From a virus, in the IMG/VR virus record IMGVR_UViG_3300042546_000155: DNA of 64,000 bases. One strand, given 5' to 3'. This document shows, one piece after another, positions 1 through 10,156 of the stretch. The notes below the pieces were generated by a model. It saw only the letters and a list, made by a program, of their open reading frames with translations. It had not been told where the DNA came from and did no database searches. Numbering within the stretch: the first letter of the stretch is position 1; the number at the start of each line of letters is the position of its first letter. The translations under genes were made by a program, and so were the position numbers.

Positions 1-1935
1 GGTAATTGTGCCACCAGATTTCTTAAAGTAGGTTGAATCTGAATATATGTTTACTGAATTGGCCCAAGCATTGCTTGATGCACCAACAGTAATGGTGTAG
101 TTGTTACCAGCAGTACCGACAGAAATGGTATAGTTATTACCTGAGGTGCCGACTGTATTAGCCCAAGTATTTGATCTTGCGCCAATTGTGTTGGCCCATG
201 CATTTGCGGCTGCACCAACTGCTACTGTATATGAGTTACCGGCTGCACCAACTGCTACTGTATATGAGTTACCGGCTGTACCAACAGTATTTGACCAAGC
301 GTTTGTTACTGCTCCTACGGATACAGTATAAGCATTACCGGCTGTACCAACTGCTACTGTATATGAGTTACCTGAGGTACCAACAATGTTAGCCCAAGCA
401 TTTGAACTTGCACTGATTGTATTGGCCCAAGCATTAGCTGCCGCACCAGTTGCAATAGTATAGTTGTTGCCGGCTGCATTAACAGCAAGCATGTATGTAT
501 TACCTGACGAACCTACCGTATTAGCCCAAGCATTACTTGAAGCTCCGACTGCTACTGTATAAGCATTACCTGATGCATTAACGGCAAGCATATATGTATT
601 ACCGGATGAACCTACTGTTGTGGCGACTGATAATGCATAAGCATTTGCGGCTGCTCCAACTGCTACAGTGTATGAGTTACCTGAGGCTCCAACTGCTACT
701 GTGTAAGCATTACCGGCTGCACCAACTGCAACAGTATAAGCATTACCTGCGGCATTAACGGCAAGCATGTAAGTATTACCTGACGAACCTACTGTATTAG
801 CCCAAGCATTTGAACTTGCACTGATTGTATTGGCCCATGCATTTGATGATGCACCAACGGCTGTTGAATAAGCATTACCGGCTGTACCAACTGCTACAGT
901 ATAAGCATTACCGGCTGATCCGATTACAACTGAGTAAGCATTACCAGCAGCACCAACAGAAATGGTATAGTTATTACCGGCGGCCCCGACTGTATTAGCC
1001 CATGTGTTTCCTGCTGTTCCAACTGCTACAGTATAAGAGTTACCTGATGATCCAACCGATGTAGCTGTTGATAAAGCATAAGCGTTACCGGCTTGTCCGA
1101 CTTGTGTAGCTGTTGATAAAGCATAAGCGTTACCGGCTTGTCCGACTTGTGTAGCTACTGATAATGCATAAGCATTGGCAGATGATCCAACTGTATTGGA
1201 CCATGTATATGATCTTGCGCCGATTGTGTTAGCCCAGTTATTACCTGCAACACCAACAGCAACAGTATATGCATTACCAGCAGCACCAACGGCATCGGTG
1301 TAATTATTACCTGCAACACCAACAGCAATCGTATAGTTATTACCGGCTGCGGCAACTGTAATGACATAAGCATTAGCACCAGCACCCGTATCTGTAATTC
1401 TATTATTTGCTAATTCAAAAAGATATCCGGAGTAAGCATTAGCGCCTATTCCTGTATCATACGCCAGAACATTTGCAGCATTCGCTTTATCGAATGCAGC
1501 ATTGGCATTATCATAGGCGGCCGCCACATAGAGAACATCATTTGAAAGATTAGCACGATCAAATGCTGCTTGTGTTAAAGTAAGAGTGGTGTTAGTGCTA
1601 TCAAATGCTGCCGAAGCAAGATCAATAGCAGGTGTCAGATTTGCAGAGATTGTAATTGCATCTGTGAGTGCCGAACTAGTAATCTCAATATTCTGTCCTT
1701 GATTAAAGGTAAGAATATCATTTGGGATATCTGCAATTACCAGTGTGCCGGCTGCATTGATGGTTCCGAAGTTGAAACCACCTTCACCACCAGAGATAGA
1801 CTGAATGTTGCCGTTAATGTCCTTATAGTAAATAAGACCATCGGCATAGTTAATAGCAATTTCACCATTAGCTAGATCAGCCGGTGAAGATCCTGGAATA
1901 GATGATTTCTTTAGAGCAATTACTGTGTTGGTCAT
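1..1935 (-). CDS. Tail fibre / fibre-like virion protein, runs off the window edge (not in ORF track)
   Basis: ATG at 1935 overlaps the upstream stop (TAATG). Reads MTNTVIALKKSSIPGSSPADLANGEIAINYADGLIYYK (phage fibre N-terminal type), then many 11-aa GNAYTVAVGAA repeats, continuing to position 1. Confidence 0.8.
   Translation of the reverse strand, partial: MTNTVIALKKSSIPGSSPADLANGEIAINYADGLIYYKDINGNIQSISGGEGGFNFGTINAAGTLVIADIPNDILTFNQGQNIEITSSALTDAITISANLTPAIDLASAAFDSTNTTLTLTQAAFDRANLSNDVLYVAAAYDNANAAFDKANAANVLAYDTGIGANAYSGYLFELANNRITDTGAGANAYVITVAAAGNNYTIAVGVAGNNYTDAVGAAGNAYTVAVGVAGNNWANTIGARSYTWSNTVGSSANAYALSVATQVGQAGNAYALSTATQVGQAGNAYALSTATSVGSSGNSYTVAVGTAGNTWANTVGAAGNNYTISVGAAGNAYSVVIGSAGNAYTVAVGTAGNAYSTAVGASSNAWANTISASSNAWANTVGSSGNTYMLAVNAAGNAYTVAVGAAGNAYTVAVGASGNSYTVAVGAAANAYALSVATTVGSSGNTYMLAVNASGNAYTVAVGASSNAWANTVGSSGNTYMLAVNAAGNNYTIATGAAANAWANTISASSNAWANIVGTSGNSYTVAVGTAGNAYTVSVGAVTNAWSNTVGTAGNSYTVAVGAAGNSYTVAVGAAANAWANTIGARSNTWANTVGTSGNNYTISVGTAGNNYTITVGASSNAWANSVNIYSDSTYFKKSGGTIT
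1061..1156. repeat. Perfect 45-nt tandem repeat (2 copies plus a partial) within the fibre gene
   Basis: gtagctgttgataaagcataagcgttaccggcttgtccgacttgt at 1061-1105 and 1106-1150; encodes the 15-aa unit ATQVGQAGNAYALST. Confidence 0.9.
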
Positions 1936-2474
1936 TAAAAGTCGTCTGTCTTATCTTCCTGTTCCACAAAGGGCATTTCTATAATCTTTGTATTTATGTT
2001 CTTTTTAGACGGCTGTTTTTTGGGCTGAGGTGTTAACTTAATGAGTTGCTTATCTTTTGCTTGTAACTCATTCTTAACACTCGTTAGTTCATTGTTGGCT
2101 GTTTCTAGTTGTTGTTTCATAGATTCTACTAGAGAATTGAGTCTATCAATATCTCTATTCTTATCAACAAACTGATTTCTTAGATCATTATATTGATTAG
2201 TCAAGGTGTCCATATGACTCACCTTGTTTTTCATGGCATTGTATTCTTGTTCCCATTTTGTTGCATTTTCAGTTGCTTTTGAAAACTCTTGCTGATTTTT
2301 ACTAGCATTTGTAAGTTCTTCTTTCAAAGTGGAAATGACCCCATCTTTTTCGGCGATGAGGTCACTAGCCAACTTTGCTTGCGTTTTCAACTGTAGAATA
2401 GTATTGATTTGATCATGTAATGTTGAAACTGTAATATCAACATAAGTATTCATAAACTTGTTAGCATCACTCAT
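1935..2474 (-). CDS. Coiled-coil hypothetical protein (possible fibre assembly factor)
   Basis: 179-aa heptad-rich ORF with GGAGA SD. Confidence 0.6.
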   Translation of the reverse strand: MSDANKFMNTYVDITVSTLHDQINTILQLKTQAKLASDLIAEKDGVISTLKEELTNASKNQQEFSKATENATKWEQEYNAMKNKVSHMDTLTNQYNDLRNQFVDKNRDIDRLNSLVESMKQQLETANNELTSVKNELQAKDKQLIKLTPQPKKQPSKKNINTKIIEMPFVEQEDKTDDF

Positions 2475-2493
2475 AATAAAGTCTCCGTGTTAG

Positions 2494-3573
2494 TTAGAAT
2501 GTTCCCCCATCTAGCATACCAAACGCTGGAACACCAAATGCATCGGCCTGTAGAACTTGTCCTTCAGTACCGGCAGAAGTAACCTGTAGAGAACCTGCAT
2601 TGTTTCCGAATAGGATACCATTAGTTGTAAATAGATTCTTTCCGGTACCACCGTATGGAACAGTGATTGTGTCTGCATTCCATGTACCAGAAGTTAGAGT
2701 ACCAACACCGGTGATTCCTGAGTATGTTCCCGAAACTCTTGCAGATGCAATGATACCAGATACTAGATTTGCTGCATCAGAGAATGTCTGGAAGATTTTT
2801 GTGTTGACTGCATTGGTGTAAGCATTACCGGCTGTACCGACTGCTACAGTATAAGCATTACCAGCAGCACCAACGGCATCAGTGTAATTATTACCTGCAA
2901 CACCAACGGCCTGTGCATAAGCATTGGCACTGGCTGCTACGCTGTTAACAAATGTGTTAGAAGCAATTTGGTGATATGTCGAACCATCATTAGTGAATGT
3001 CCAAACTGTCTGAGACTCGTCCCAAAGAATTGCGACATCGTTCTGATTACCACGATTAACTTCCATACCAGCATTTTCAGATGGTGAAGCACCTGCTGGA
3101 AGATCGGCATTTAGAACGAAGATGTTATCGCCAACATTCAATGTCTGAGTATTGGCATAAGTTGTAACACCTGAAATTGTTAGGTTACCAGAAACGACAA
3201 CATCACCTGAAATGGTGCCGCCTGTCTTGGCATAGAATGTATCAGTTGCATATGTGTTAGCAGATGCACCAACAAATTCGGCGTAAGCATTACCTGAGGT
3301 ACCAACTGTGTTAGCCCATGCATTACCAGAGGCTGCAACTGTGCCTAGCCATGCATTGGCAGCACTAGCCACCGAGTTTGCATGTTCAAAGGCAGCTATT
3401 GTGTGGTTTACCCAATAGGTACCACCGATTTCATTAACGCTTAGACCATTTGCTGTGCCGATAAAGAGTCTATCGGAAGCGTAGGAATACGCTAGTTCTG
3501 CGGCAGAGAGCGAACCACCTGGTGGGGTGGTCGTCCCTGTTGATCGTTTAATCTGAATTACTGTATTGCTCAT
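2494..3573 (-). CDS. Fibre-like virion structural protein
   Basis: IQIKRS...AELAYSY N-terminus as in the neighbouring fibre, 11-aa repeats, GGTISGDV/DNIFVLN/AGMEVNRG block shared with 4180..9327, C-terminal LDGGTF. Confidence 0.75.
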   Translation of the reverse strand: MSNTVIQIKRSTGTTTPPGGSLSAAELAYSYASDRLFIGTANGLSVNEIGGTYWVNHTIAAFEHANSVASAANAWLGTVAASGNAWANTVGTSGNAYAEFVGASANTYATDTFYAKTGGTISGDVVVSGNLTISGVTTYANTQTLNVGDNIFVLNADLPAGASPSENAGMEVNRGNQNDVAILWDESQTVWTFTNDGSTYHQIASNTFVNSVAASANAYAQAVGVAGNNYTDAVGAAGNAYTVAVGTAGNAYTNAVNTKIFQTFSDAANLVSGIIASARVSGTYSGITGVGTLTSGTWNADTITVPYGGTGKNLFTTNGILFGNNAGSLQVTSAGTEGQVLQADAFGVPAFGMLDGGTF

Positions 3574-3806
3574 TAGAAGGTTCCTCCGTTTACGATGGGC
3601 AATTCTCTAACTACAAATTTGTCACTCGCCTCATCATAAACAATAGTTTCGTTGTTATTCAAGCTGGTAGCATCAACATCATTCAATTGTCTCAAATTTT
3701 CTTTAAGGTTTTGTTTACCTGACAATCCTACAGATTTAATATTTGACTGTTGCTGTATGTTGATAGAAATTCTATTCTTGGGTTGTGTTCTAACAATGAT
3801 TGACAT
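3573..3806 (-). CDS. Small virion-associated hypothetical protein
   Basis: 77 aa, translationally coupled, L..L.DVD motif, ends VNGGTF. Confidence 0.6.
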   Translation of the reverse strand: MSIIVRTQPKNRISINIQQQSNIKSVGLSGKQNLKENLRQLNDVDATSLNNNETIVYDEASDKFVVRELPIVNGGTF

Positions 3807-3813
3807 TTTAGTC

Positions 3814-4158
3814 CTATCGAGTTATGCCATGTGTTACGAAAATCACACCCTCTATTAGTCTCGTTGTTTCGTTTTGCGCTCTAGGGTTAACAACTTTAAC
3901 ATCAAAGAAATAGTTACCGGGTCTTAGATTAGCGGTATTCGCTGCCGTCATTGACAGTGATAGTTCGCCATTTGATCCATCTAATACTGAGCAAGTTAGA
4001 TTGGCAGAGGCGTTTACGGACAGTAAAGAGCGTCTTAACTGACTTGTTATAACATACCCAGAAGTGTTCTGTGGCATATTCGTATTGTCATCATTTAATT
4101 CAATTACTACATTGAAATCCGCACCTCTGTCTATGTAAAGTTCTGCGTATTCTGCCAT
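3814..4158 (-). CDS. Conserved phage structural protein (Ig-like fibre/baseplate adaptor type)
   Basis: LYIDRGADF...G.L.LSMTAA.TA.L.PG.YFFDV...RLIEG pattern typical of T4-like tail clusters. Confidence 0.55.
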   Translation of the reverse strand: MAEYAELYIDRGADFNVVIELNDDNTNMPQNTSGYVITSQLRRSLLSVNASANLTCSVLDGSNGELSLSMTAANTANLRPGNYFFDVKVVNPRAQNETTRLIEGVIFVTHGITR

Positions 4159-4179
4159 TTACTTTCCTATTTATTCCTC

Positions 4180-7100
4180 TTATTTAGCTTTTAGCTCATC
4201 TAGCTCGGTCTTTAGTTCTTTGATTGCTTCAATTAGAAGCGGAACAATACGATCATACTTGACTGCTTTGATTCCGTCTTCTCTAGTTGCAACAACTTCT
4301 GGAAGAACTGCTTCAATCTCTTGAGCGATAACACCAATATCATGCTTGCGAACAAAGTAATCATCTTCACCACCTTGGGCTTCAATGAAGGCGTCTGTCC
4401 AATCAAACTCAACACCATTGATCTTTTCGATCTTGGCAAGAGCATTATCGATAGTCTTAACATTCTCCTTCAATGAAGCATCGGATGAATAGAATGCTGT
4501 AATATCGTTTGTTGCTCTAATCTGACCAGCAGTTCCAGAACCAGCGGTACCAACACCGATTGAGTTAAACTGTGAATTTTGAGTTGTGCTAGTAAATGTA
4601 ACAGCCGATCCGTCAATACTAGTAATACCAGTTAGTGACTGTGCAGCCGAGGCTCTATTAAGAGCAATGGCGGTAGTACCAACATAAGTGGTTGCTCCTA
4701 CAGCGGCAGCACCAATTTCGGCTAGTGACCATGAAACAGCAGCAGAACCATCCACGCTCTTTCCGGTTGAACCGATAGTGATTGTTCTGGCAGTTCCCCA
4801 TGTAGCGGTAGTAATAGCAGCAGAACCGTTAAAGGCTGTACCGTTAATATTTCTTGCTGTTGTTAATGTAGCAGCCGATCCATCAATTGAAGTGATACCG
4901 GTTAGCGATTGTGCGGCTGATGCTCTATTGAGTGTGATGGCAGTAGTACCAACATAAGTAGTTGCTCCTACAGCGGCAGCACCAATTTCGGCCAATGACC
5001 AAGATACTGCGGCAGAACCATCAACAGACTTACCGGTCGATCCAATTGTAATGGTTCTTGCAGTACCCCATGTGGCAGTAGTAATTGCTGCCGATCCATT
5101 GAATGCAGTACCGTTAATGTTTCTAGCGGTTGTTAGTGTAGCGGCTGAACCATCAATAGATGTAATACCAGTTAGTGACTGCGCTGCCGATGCTCTATTT
5201 AATACTATTGAAGTAGTACCAACATTGACAGTAGAATCGTTAGCGGCCACACCCATTTCGCTATGTGTCCAAGTATAGTTGCCTGAACCATCAACAGATT
5301 TTGCAGTATCGCCGAGGGTGATTGTTCTAGAAGTACCCCAAGTGGTAGTGGTGATATTACCCGTACCATTGAACGCTGTACCATTGATGTTTCTAGCGGT
5401 TGTCAATGATGCAGCGGAACCATCAATAGAGGTGATGCCGGTCAATGACTGTGCTGCGGATGCTCTATTAAGTGTAATAGCGGTAGTACCAACATAAGTG
5501 GTTGCACCAACGGCTGCTGCACCAATTTCTGCTACTGTCCATGATACAGCGGCCGATCCATCGACAGACTTACCGGTCGATCCAATGGTGATTGTTCTAG
5601 CAGTACCCCATGTTGCGGTAGTAATAGCAGCAGTACCATCAAAATTAGTACCATTGATGGCTCTTGCTGTAGTTAGTTTAGCAGCCGAACCATCAATGGA
5701 GGTGATACCAGTTAGTGACTGCGCTGCTGAGGCTCTATTCAATACGATTGATGTAGTACCAACATTGACAGTGGCATCATTTGCAGCAACACCCATTTCA
5801 GATAGTGTCCAAGTATAGTTTCCTGAACCATTAACTGATTTGCCAGTATCACCAATTGTAATAGTTCTAGCAGTACCCCAATTGGCAGTGGTGATATCAG
5901 CAGAACCATTAAATGCAGTTCCGTTAATATTTCTTGCTGTTGTTAGTGTGCCTGCTGAACCAGTTGTGTTCTGATTTAGTGTCGGGAAGGTACAGTTTAT
6001 TAATGTACCAGAAGATGGTGTGCCTAGCGCACCACCATTTGTAACAAACGCACCGGCTGAGCCAACTGCGGTAGCTAGTGCAGTAGCAACACCGGTACCA
6101 AGTCCAGATACACCGGTAGAGATTGGAATAGATGCTGTAATATTAGATGCTGATGTAATTCTTCCATAAGCATCTACAGTGTATGATGGTATGGTTGAAG
6201 CTCCGCCGTATGTACCGGCAGCAACACCAGATGTTGCAAGATCAACGAATACAAGTTCATTACTTGAGGCATCAACAACATTATTGGCCCAAATTCTAGT
6301 AGTGTTATTGCTTGTAACAGCAGCAATCTTAGTATTGGCCCAGTTATTAGCAGCCGCAGCGACACCAATAACACCAATTTCAGATAGTGTCCAAGAAACA
6401 TCGGCAGTGCCATTGAATGTCTTGCCAGTTGAACCAACAGTTAGGGTTCTGGCAGTTGTCAATGATCCAGCGGAACCAGTTGTGTTCTGGTTTAGAGTTG
6501 GGAAGGTACAGTTTCCTAGGTTACCACTTGATGGTGTACCGAGAGCACCACCATTGGTGACGAATGCTCCGGCAGTACCTACAGAGGTAGCTAGTGCAGT
6601 TGATACACCAGTTCCTAGTCCAGATACACCAGATGAGATTGGAACAATCGATGTAACATTAGCTGATGATGTAATACGACCGTAAGCATCGACTGTAAAT
6701 ACTGGAGTAACAGTAGCACTACCATATGTGGTTGCTGTAACACCTGACTGAGCAAGGTCAATGAATACAAGTTCATTGCTTGATGCATCGGTGGTATTGT
6801 TAGCCCAAATTCTTGAGGTGCTATTACTTGTAACGGCACCAATCTTGGTATTAGCCCAGTTATTAGCACTGTTAGCCATTCTACCGGCTAGTGTATTGGC
6901 ACTAACTGCGGTAAGCTGAATGCTTCCAGCGGCCCAAGCATTAGCACTCTCAACATGGGTATTGGTTGCAATACCATAGTTGCCTGTACCGTCATTAAGT
7001 GTCCATCTGTTTAAGGTTTCGTTCCATAGAACAGAGACAGCATTTGAAGTTAGACCACGATTAACTTCGATACCAGCATCTTCTGTAGGAATAACAGAAC

Positions 7101-9327
7101 CGAACCAGTCAGCGTTTAGAACAATGATATTATCGCCAACCATTAGTGTTTGTGTATTGGCGTATGTTGTCTGTCCAGCGATGACAAGGTTGCCAGTTAC
7201 GGTAACATCGCCACTAATTGTACCACCTGACTTGGTGTAGAAAGTTGCACCAGCATGTGAGTTAATAGAGTTAGCCCATGCATTTGATGATGCGCCAACT
7301 GATATTGCATATGCATTACCGGCTGCTCCAACTGCTACAGTGTATGAATTACCGGCTGCGTTAACAGCAAGCATATAACTATTACCAGATGATCCAACGG
7401 TGTTGGCCCAGGTATTTGATCTTGCTCCAATTGTATTAGCCCAGCCATTAGCGGCTGCAACCATAGATTCTGAAACTTGGTTCTGATTTAGAGTTAAGTT
7501 CTGAATCTGTGCGTAAATTGCTGAATTGACGGTGTTGGCCCAACCATTAGATGCTGCACCAATTGATACTGAGTAGTTATTACCGGCAGTGCCTACTGTA
7601 TTAGCCCAGCTATTAGATGCTGCACCAACGGCTACTGTATAAGAATTACCAGCAGCACCAACGGCTACTGTATAAGCATTTCCTGCGGCTCCAACTGCTA
7701 CAGTATAAGCATTACCTGATGCATTAACGGCAAGCATATATGTATTGCCGGATGAACCGACTGACTGAGCATAAGCATTACCTGATGTACCTACAGTGTT
7801 GGCCCATGCATTTGATCTTGCACCAATTGTGTTTGACCAAGCATTAGCAGATGATCCGACAGCAATAGCATAATTATTACCAGCTGTTCCTACAGCAATA
7901 GCATATGCATTAGCAGATGATCCTACTGCTACAGTATAAGCATTGCCGGCAGCGCCAACAGCTATAGAGTATGCATTAGCAGATGATCCTACTGCTACTG
8001 TATAAGCATTTCCAGCGGCTCCAACGGCTACTGCATAAGAATTTCCTGCGGTTCCAACTGCTACTGTATAAGCATTACCAGCGGCTCCAACGGCTACAGA
8101 GTATGCATTTCCTGATGAGCCTACTGTATTAGACCAAGCGTTTCCTGATGCTCCGACTGCTACAGTGTAAGCATTACCTGATGTACCTACAGTATTAGCC
8201 CATGTATTGGATCTTGCACCAATTGTGTTTGACCAAGCATTACCAGCAGCGCCAACAGCTACAGTATAATTGTTTCCAGCTACGCCAACTGCTACAGTAT
8301 ATGAGTTACCTGATGTTCCTACTGTGTTTGACCATGCATTACTTGATGCACCAACTGTATTTGACCATGCATTAGCAGAAGCACCGACAGTGTTAGACCA
8401 AGCATTGCCAGCAGCGCCGACTGCTACCGTATAAGTATTACCAGCGACACCTACAGCGACAGTGTATGAGTTACCAGCAGCACCAACGGCTACTGTGTAT
8501 GAATTTCCTGATGCTCCGACTGCTACAGTATAAGCATTACCTGATGTGCCTACTGTATTGGCCCAAGTATTTGATCTTGCGCCAATGGTATTGGCCCATG
8601 CATTTGCGGATGCGCCGACAGTGTTAGACCAAGCATTACCAGATGCTCCAACAAAATTAGTATAGACATTGCCTGCAACACCCACTGTATTAGACCAGGC
8701 ATTGGCTGATGATCCAACAAATACTGTATAAGCATTTCCTGCAACACCTACTGTATTAGACCATGCATTACCAGCAGCACCAACGGCTACTGTGTATGAA
8801 TTTCCTGAGCTACCGACTGTATTAGCCCATGTGTTTGATCTTGCACCAATTGTATTGGCCCAAGCATTAGCAGATGCACCGACAGTATTCGACCATGCAT
8901 TACCAGCAGCACCAACGGCTACTGTATATGAATTTCCTGAGCTACCGACAGTATTTGACCAAGCGTTACCCGAATCGGCTACTCTATCGATATAAACATT
9001 GGCAGAAGAAGCTAGATTGTTTGCCCATGCATTGGCACTAATAGCAACGCTGTTTACCTTAATCATGGTAGCGTTTGCTAGAGTGAATGTATTACCTACG
9101 ACACGAATACCAGCAACATTAGATGATACTGTGTCGAGAACATTCTGAGAGGGGATAACATCAATGTAAATGATTTCGCCTACATTGATTGAGGCCGTGG
9201 TTCGAACAGATAAACTGTTAGAACGAGTTTGGGCTGTATTACCACTGTATGCGTAAATAATCTGATTTGTTTTGATGCGCCATTGATCAAATGTGTCAGT
9301 GAACGCTACGTTTGGTAAGTTGGCCAT
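4180..9327 (-). CDS. Long tail fibre with C-terminal intramolecular chaperone (peptidase S74) domain
   Basis: 1715 aa. N-terminal TDTFDQWRIKTN, extensive internal repeats, C-terminal SSDASLKENV...GVIAQEIEAVLPEVV...VKYDRIVPLLIEAIKEL chaperone signature. Confidence 0.85.
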   Translation of the reverse strand: MANLPNVAFTDTFDQWRIKTNQIIYAYSGNTAQTRSNSLSVRTTASINVGEIIYIDVIPSQNVLDTVSSNVAGIRVVGNTFTLANATMIKVNSVAISANAWANNLASSANVYIDRVADSGNAWSNTVGSSGNSYTVAVGAAGNAWSNTVGASANAWANTIGARSNTWANTVGSSGNSYTVAVGAAGNAWSNTVGVAGNAYTVFVGSSANAWSNTVGVAGNVYTNFVGASGNAWSNTVGASANAWANTIGARSNTWANTVGTSGNAYTVAVGASGNSYTVAVGAAGNSYTVAVGVAGNTYTVAVGAAGNAWSNTVGASANAWSNTVGASSNAWSNTVGTSGNSYTVAVGVAGNNYTVAVGAAGNAWSNTIGARSNTWANTVGTSGNAYTVAVGASGNAWSNTVGSSGNAYSVAVGAAGNAYTVAVGTAGNSYAVAVGAAGNAYTVAVGSSANAYSIAVGAAGNAYTVAVGSSANAYAIAVGTAGNNYAIAVGSSANAWSNTIGARSNAWANTVGTSGNAYAQSVGSSGNTYMLAVNASGNAYTVAVGAAGNAYTVAVGAAGNSYTVAVGAASNSWANTVGTAGNNYSVSIGAASNGWANTVNSAIYAQIQNLTLNQNQVSESMVAAANGWANTIGARSNTWANTVGSSGNSYMLAVNAAGNSYTVAVGAAGNAYAISVGASSNAWANSINSHAGATFYTKSGGTISGDVTVTGNLVIAGQTTYANTQTLMVGDNIIVLNADWFGSVIPTEDAGIEVNRGLTSNAVSVLWNETLNRWTLNDGTGNYGIATNTHVESANAWAAGSIQLTAVSANTLAGRMANSANNWANTKIGAVTSNSTSRIWANNTTDASSNELVFIDLAQSGVTATTYGSATVTPVFTVDAYGRITSSANVTSIVPISSGVSGLGTGVSTALATSVGTAGAFVTNGGALGTPSSGNLGNCTFPTLNQNTTGSAGSLTTARTLTVGSTGKTFNGTADVSWTLSEIGVIGVAAAANNWANTKIAAVTSNNTTRIWANNVVDASSNELVFVDLATSGVAAGTYGGASTIPSYTVDAYGRITSASNITASIPISTGVSGLGTGVATALATAVGSAGAFVTNGGALGTPSSGTLINCTFPTLNQNTTGSAGTLTTARNINGTAFNGSADITTANWGTARTITIGDTGKSVNGSGNYTWTLSEMGVAANDATVNVGTTSIVLNRASAAQSLTGITSIDGSAAKLTTARAINGTNFDGTAAITTATWGTARTITIGSTGKSVDGSAAVSWTVAEIGAAAVGATTYVGTTAITLNRASAAQSLTGITSIDGSAASLTTARNINGTAFNGTGNITTTTWGTSRTITLGDTAKSVDGSGNYTWTHSEMGVAANDSTVNVGTTSIVLNRASAAQSLTGITSIDGSAATLTTARNINGTAFNGSAAITTATWGTARTITIGSTGKSVDGSAAVSWSLAEIGAAAVGATTYVGTTAITLNRASAAQSLTGITSIDGSAATLTTARNINGTAFNGSAAITTATWGTARTITIGSTGKSVDGSAAVSWSLAEIGAAAVGATTYVGTTAIALNRASAAQSLTGITSIDGSAVTFTSTTQNSQFNSIGVGTAGSGTAGQIRATNDITAFYSSDASLKENVKTIDNALAKIEKINGVEFDWTDAFIEAQGGEDDYFVRKHDIGVIAQEIEAVLPEVVATREDGIKAVKYDRIVPLLIEAIKELKTELDELKAK
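4600..5950 (-). repeat. Five ~270-nt (90-aa) tandem modules in the long fibre
   Basis: Equivalent positions at 4681, 4951, 5221, 5491, 5761; unit LTTARNINGTAFNGS...LNRASAAQSLTGITSIDGSA. Confidence 0.9.
7270..8990 (-). repeat. Array of degenerate 33-nt (11-aa) repeats
   Basis: GNAYTVAVGAA / ANAWSNTVGSS units repeated dozens of times. Confidence 0.9.
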
Positions 9328-9534
9328 TTACTTTACGAGTCCCTTTAGTAATTCTTTAATTTCGTTTATGTCTTCTTTTACCGTCTTCATATCTTGCTGT
9401 AAAGTATCTACAGCCATCATTCTTTGCTTGTTTCGCTTGTATGCATTTAAAGCATCGGTATCTCTATTTATAAGTATTCCTTCAGAGACTTTATAGAGAC
9501 CCGGAACTTCTGTTTTCTGTTCTTTATTTGTCAT
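9328..9534 (-). CDS. Hypothetical protein (short coiled coil)
   Basis: 68-aa ORF in the structural operon. Confidence 0.6.
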   Translation of the reverse strand: MTNKEQKTEVPGLYKVSEGILINRDTDALNAYKRNKQRMMAVDTLQQDMKTVKEDINEIKELLKGLVK

Positions 9535-10156
9535 TGTCTATGCACCCGTGAAATTCTGCAACTTTGCTAAGTAGCTTCGCCCATTCTTCATCAACACCTT
9601 CGATGTTGGTTATCTGGCTAGGTGGTATAGCATACTCACCGAGAGTGATATGATGGTCGGTAATTACTATGTCAACATCAAAACCTAGAATAGCAACTGC
9701 TCGTCTAGTAACAATGTTGTTAGAGTTGATCTTAATGTTACCTGATAAATCAGCATCGCCACAAACAATTGCTGAACCATATACTTGCGAATGGTTTCTC
9801 ACCTTTGCATCTTCATAAACTTCGGCATCGCCGTAAATCATTGCATTGTTACAAACTACTGCATTTCCATATACTTTAGAGTTACCTGATACTCTTGCAC
9901 TGTTTGTAATAGTGGCATCGCCATATACTCTCGCCTTATCATATACTCTTGCATTACCGGAAACAACAGCATTTCCATACACTCTTGCATCTTCGCCAAT
10001 GAAACAATCTTCATCAACTTTGGCAGTGTTAGCAACCCATCCTTTTCCTTTTGGGTGTCGATGGGCTGCTACTAATCCGTTGCCATCTTTGAAATCAAAT
10101 AGTGTTTCATCAATATCAATTTCAATCACTTCAACTTCACTCATATTATTCTCCAA
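9524..10156 (-). CDS. Left-handed beta-helix (hexapeptide repeat) protein
   Basis: ARVYGNAVVSGNARVYDKARVYGDA hexapeptide repeats. Confidence 0.75.
   Translation of the reverse strand: MENNMSEVEVIEIDIDETLFDFKDGNGLVAAHRHPKGKGWVANTAKVDEDCFIGEDARVYGNAVVSGNARVYDKARVYGDATITNSARVSGNSKVYGNAVVCNNAMIYGDAEVYEDAKVRNHSQVYGSAIVCGDADLSGNIKINSNNIVTRRAVAILGFDVDIVITDHHITLGEYAIPPSQITNIEGVDEEWAKLLSKVAEFHGCIDNDK

Noticed and set aside
146-9000. CRISPR array or DGR suggested by the 33-nt periodicity
   Set aside because: The repeats are in-frame, vary at synonymous positions and have no unique spacers. I saw no cas or reverse transcriptase gene and no adenine-specific TR/VR pair.
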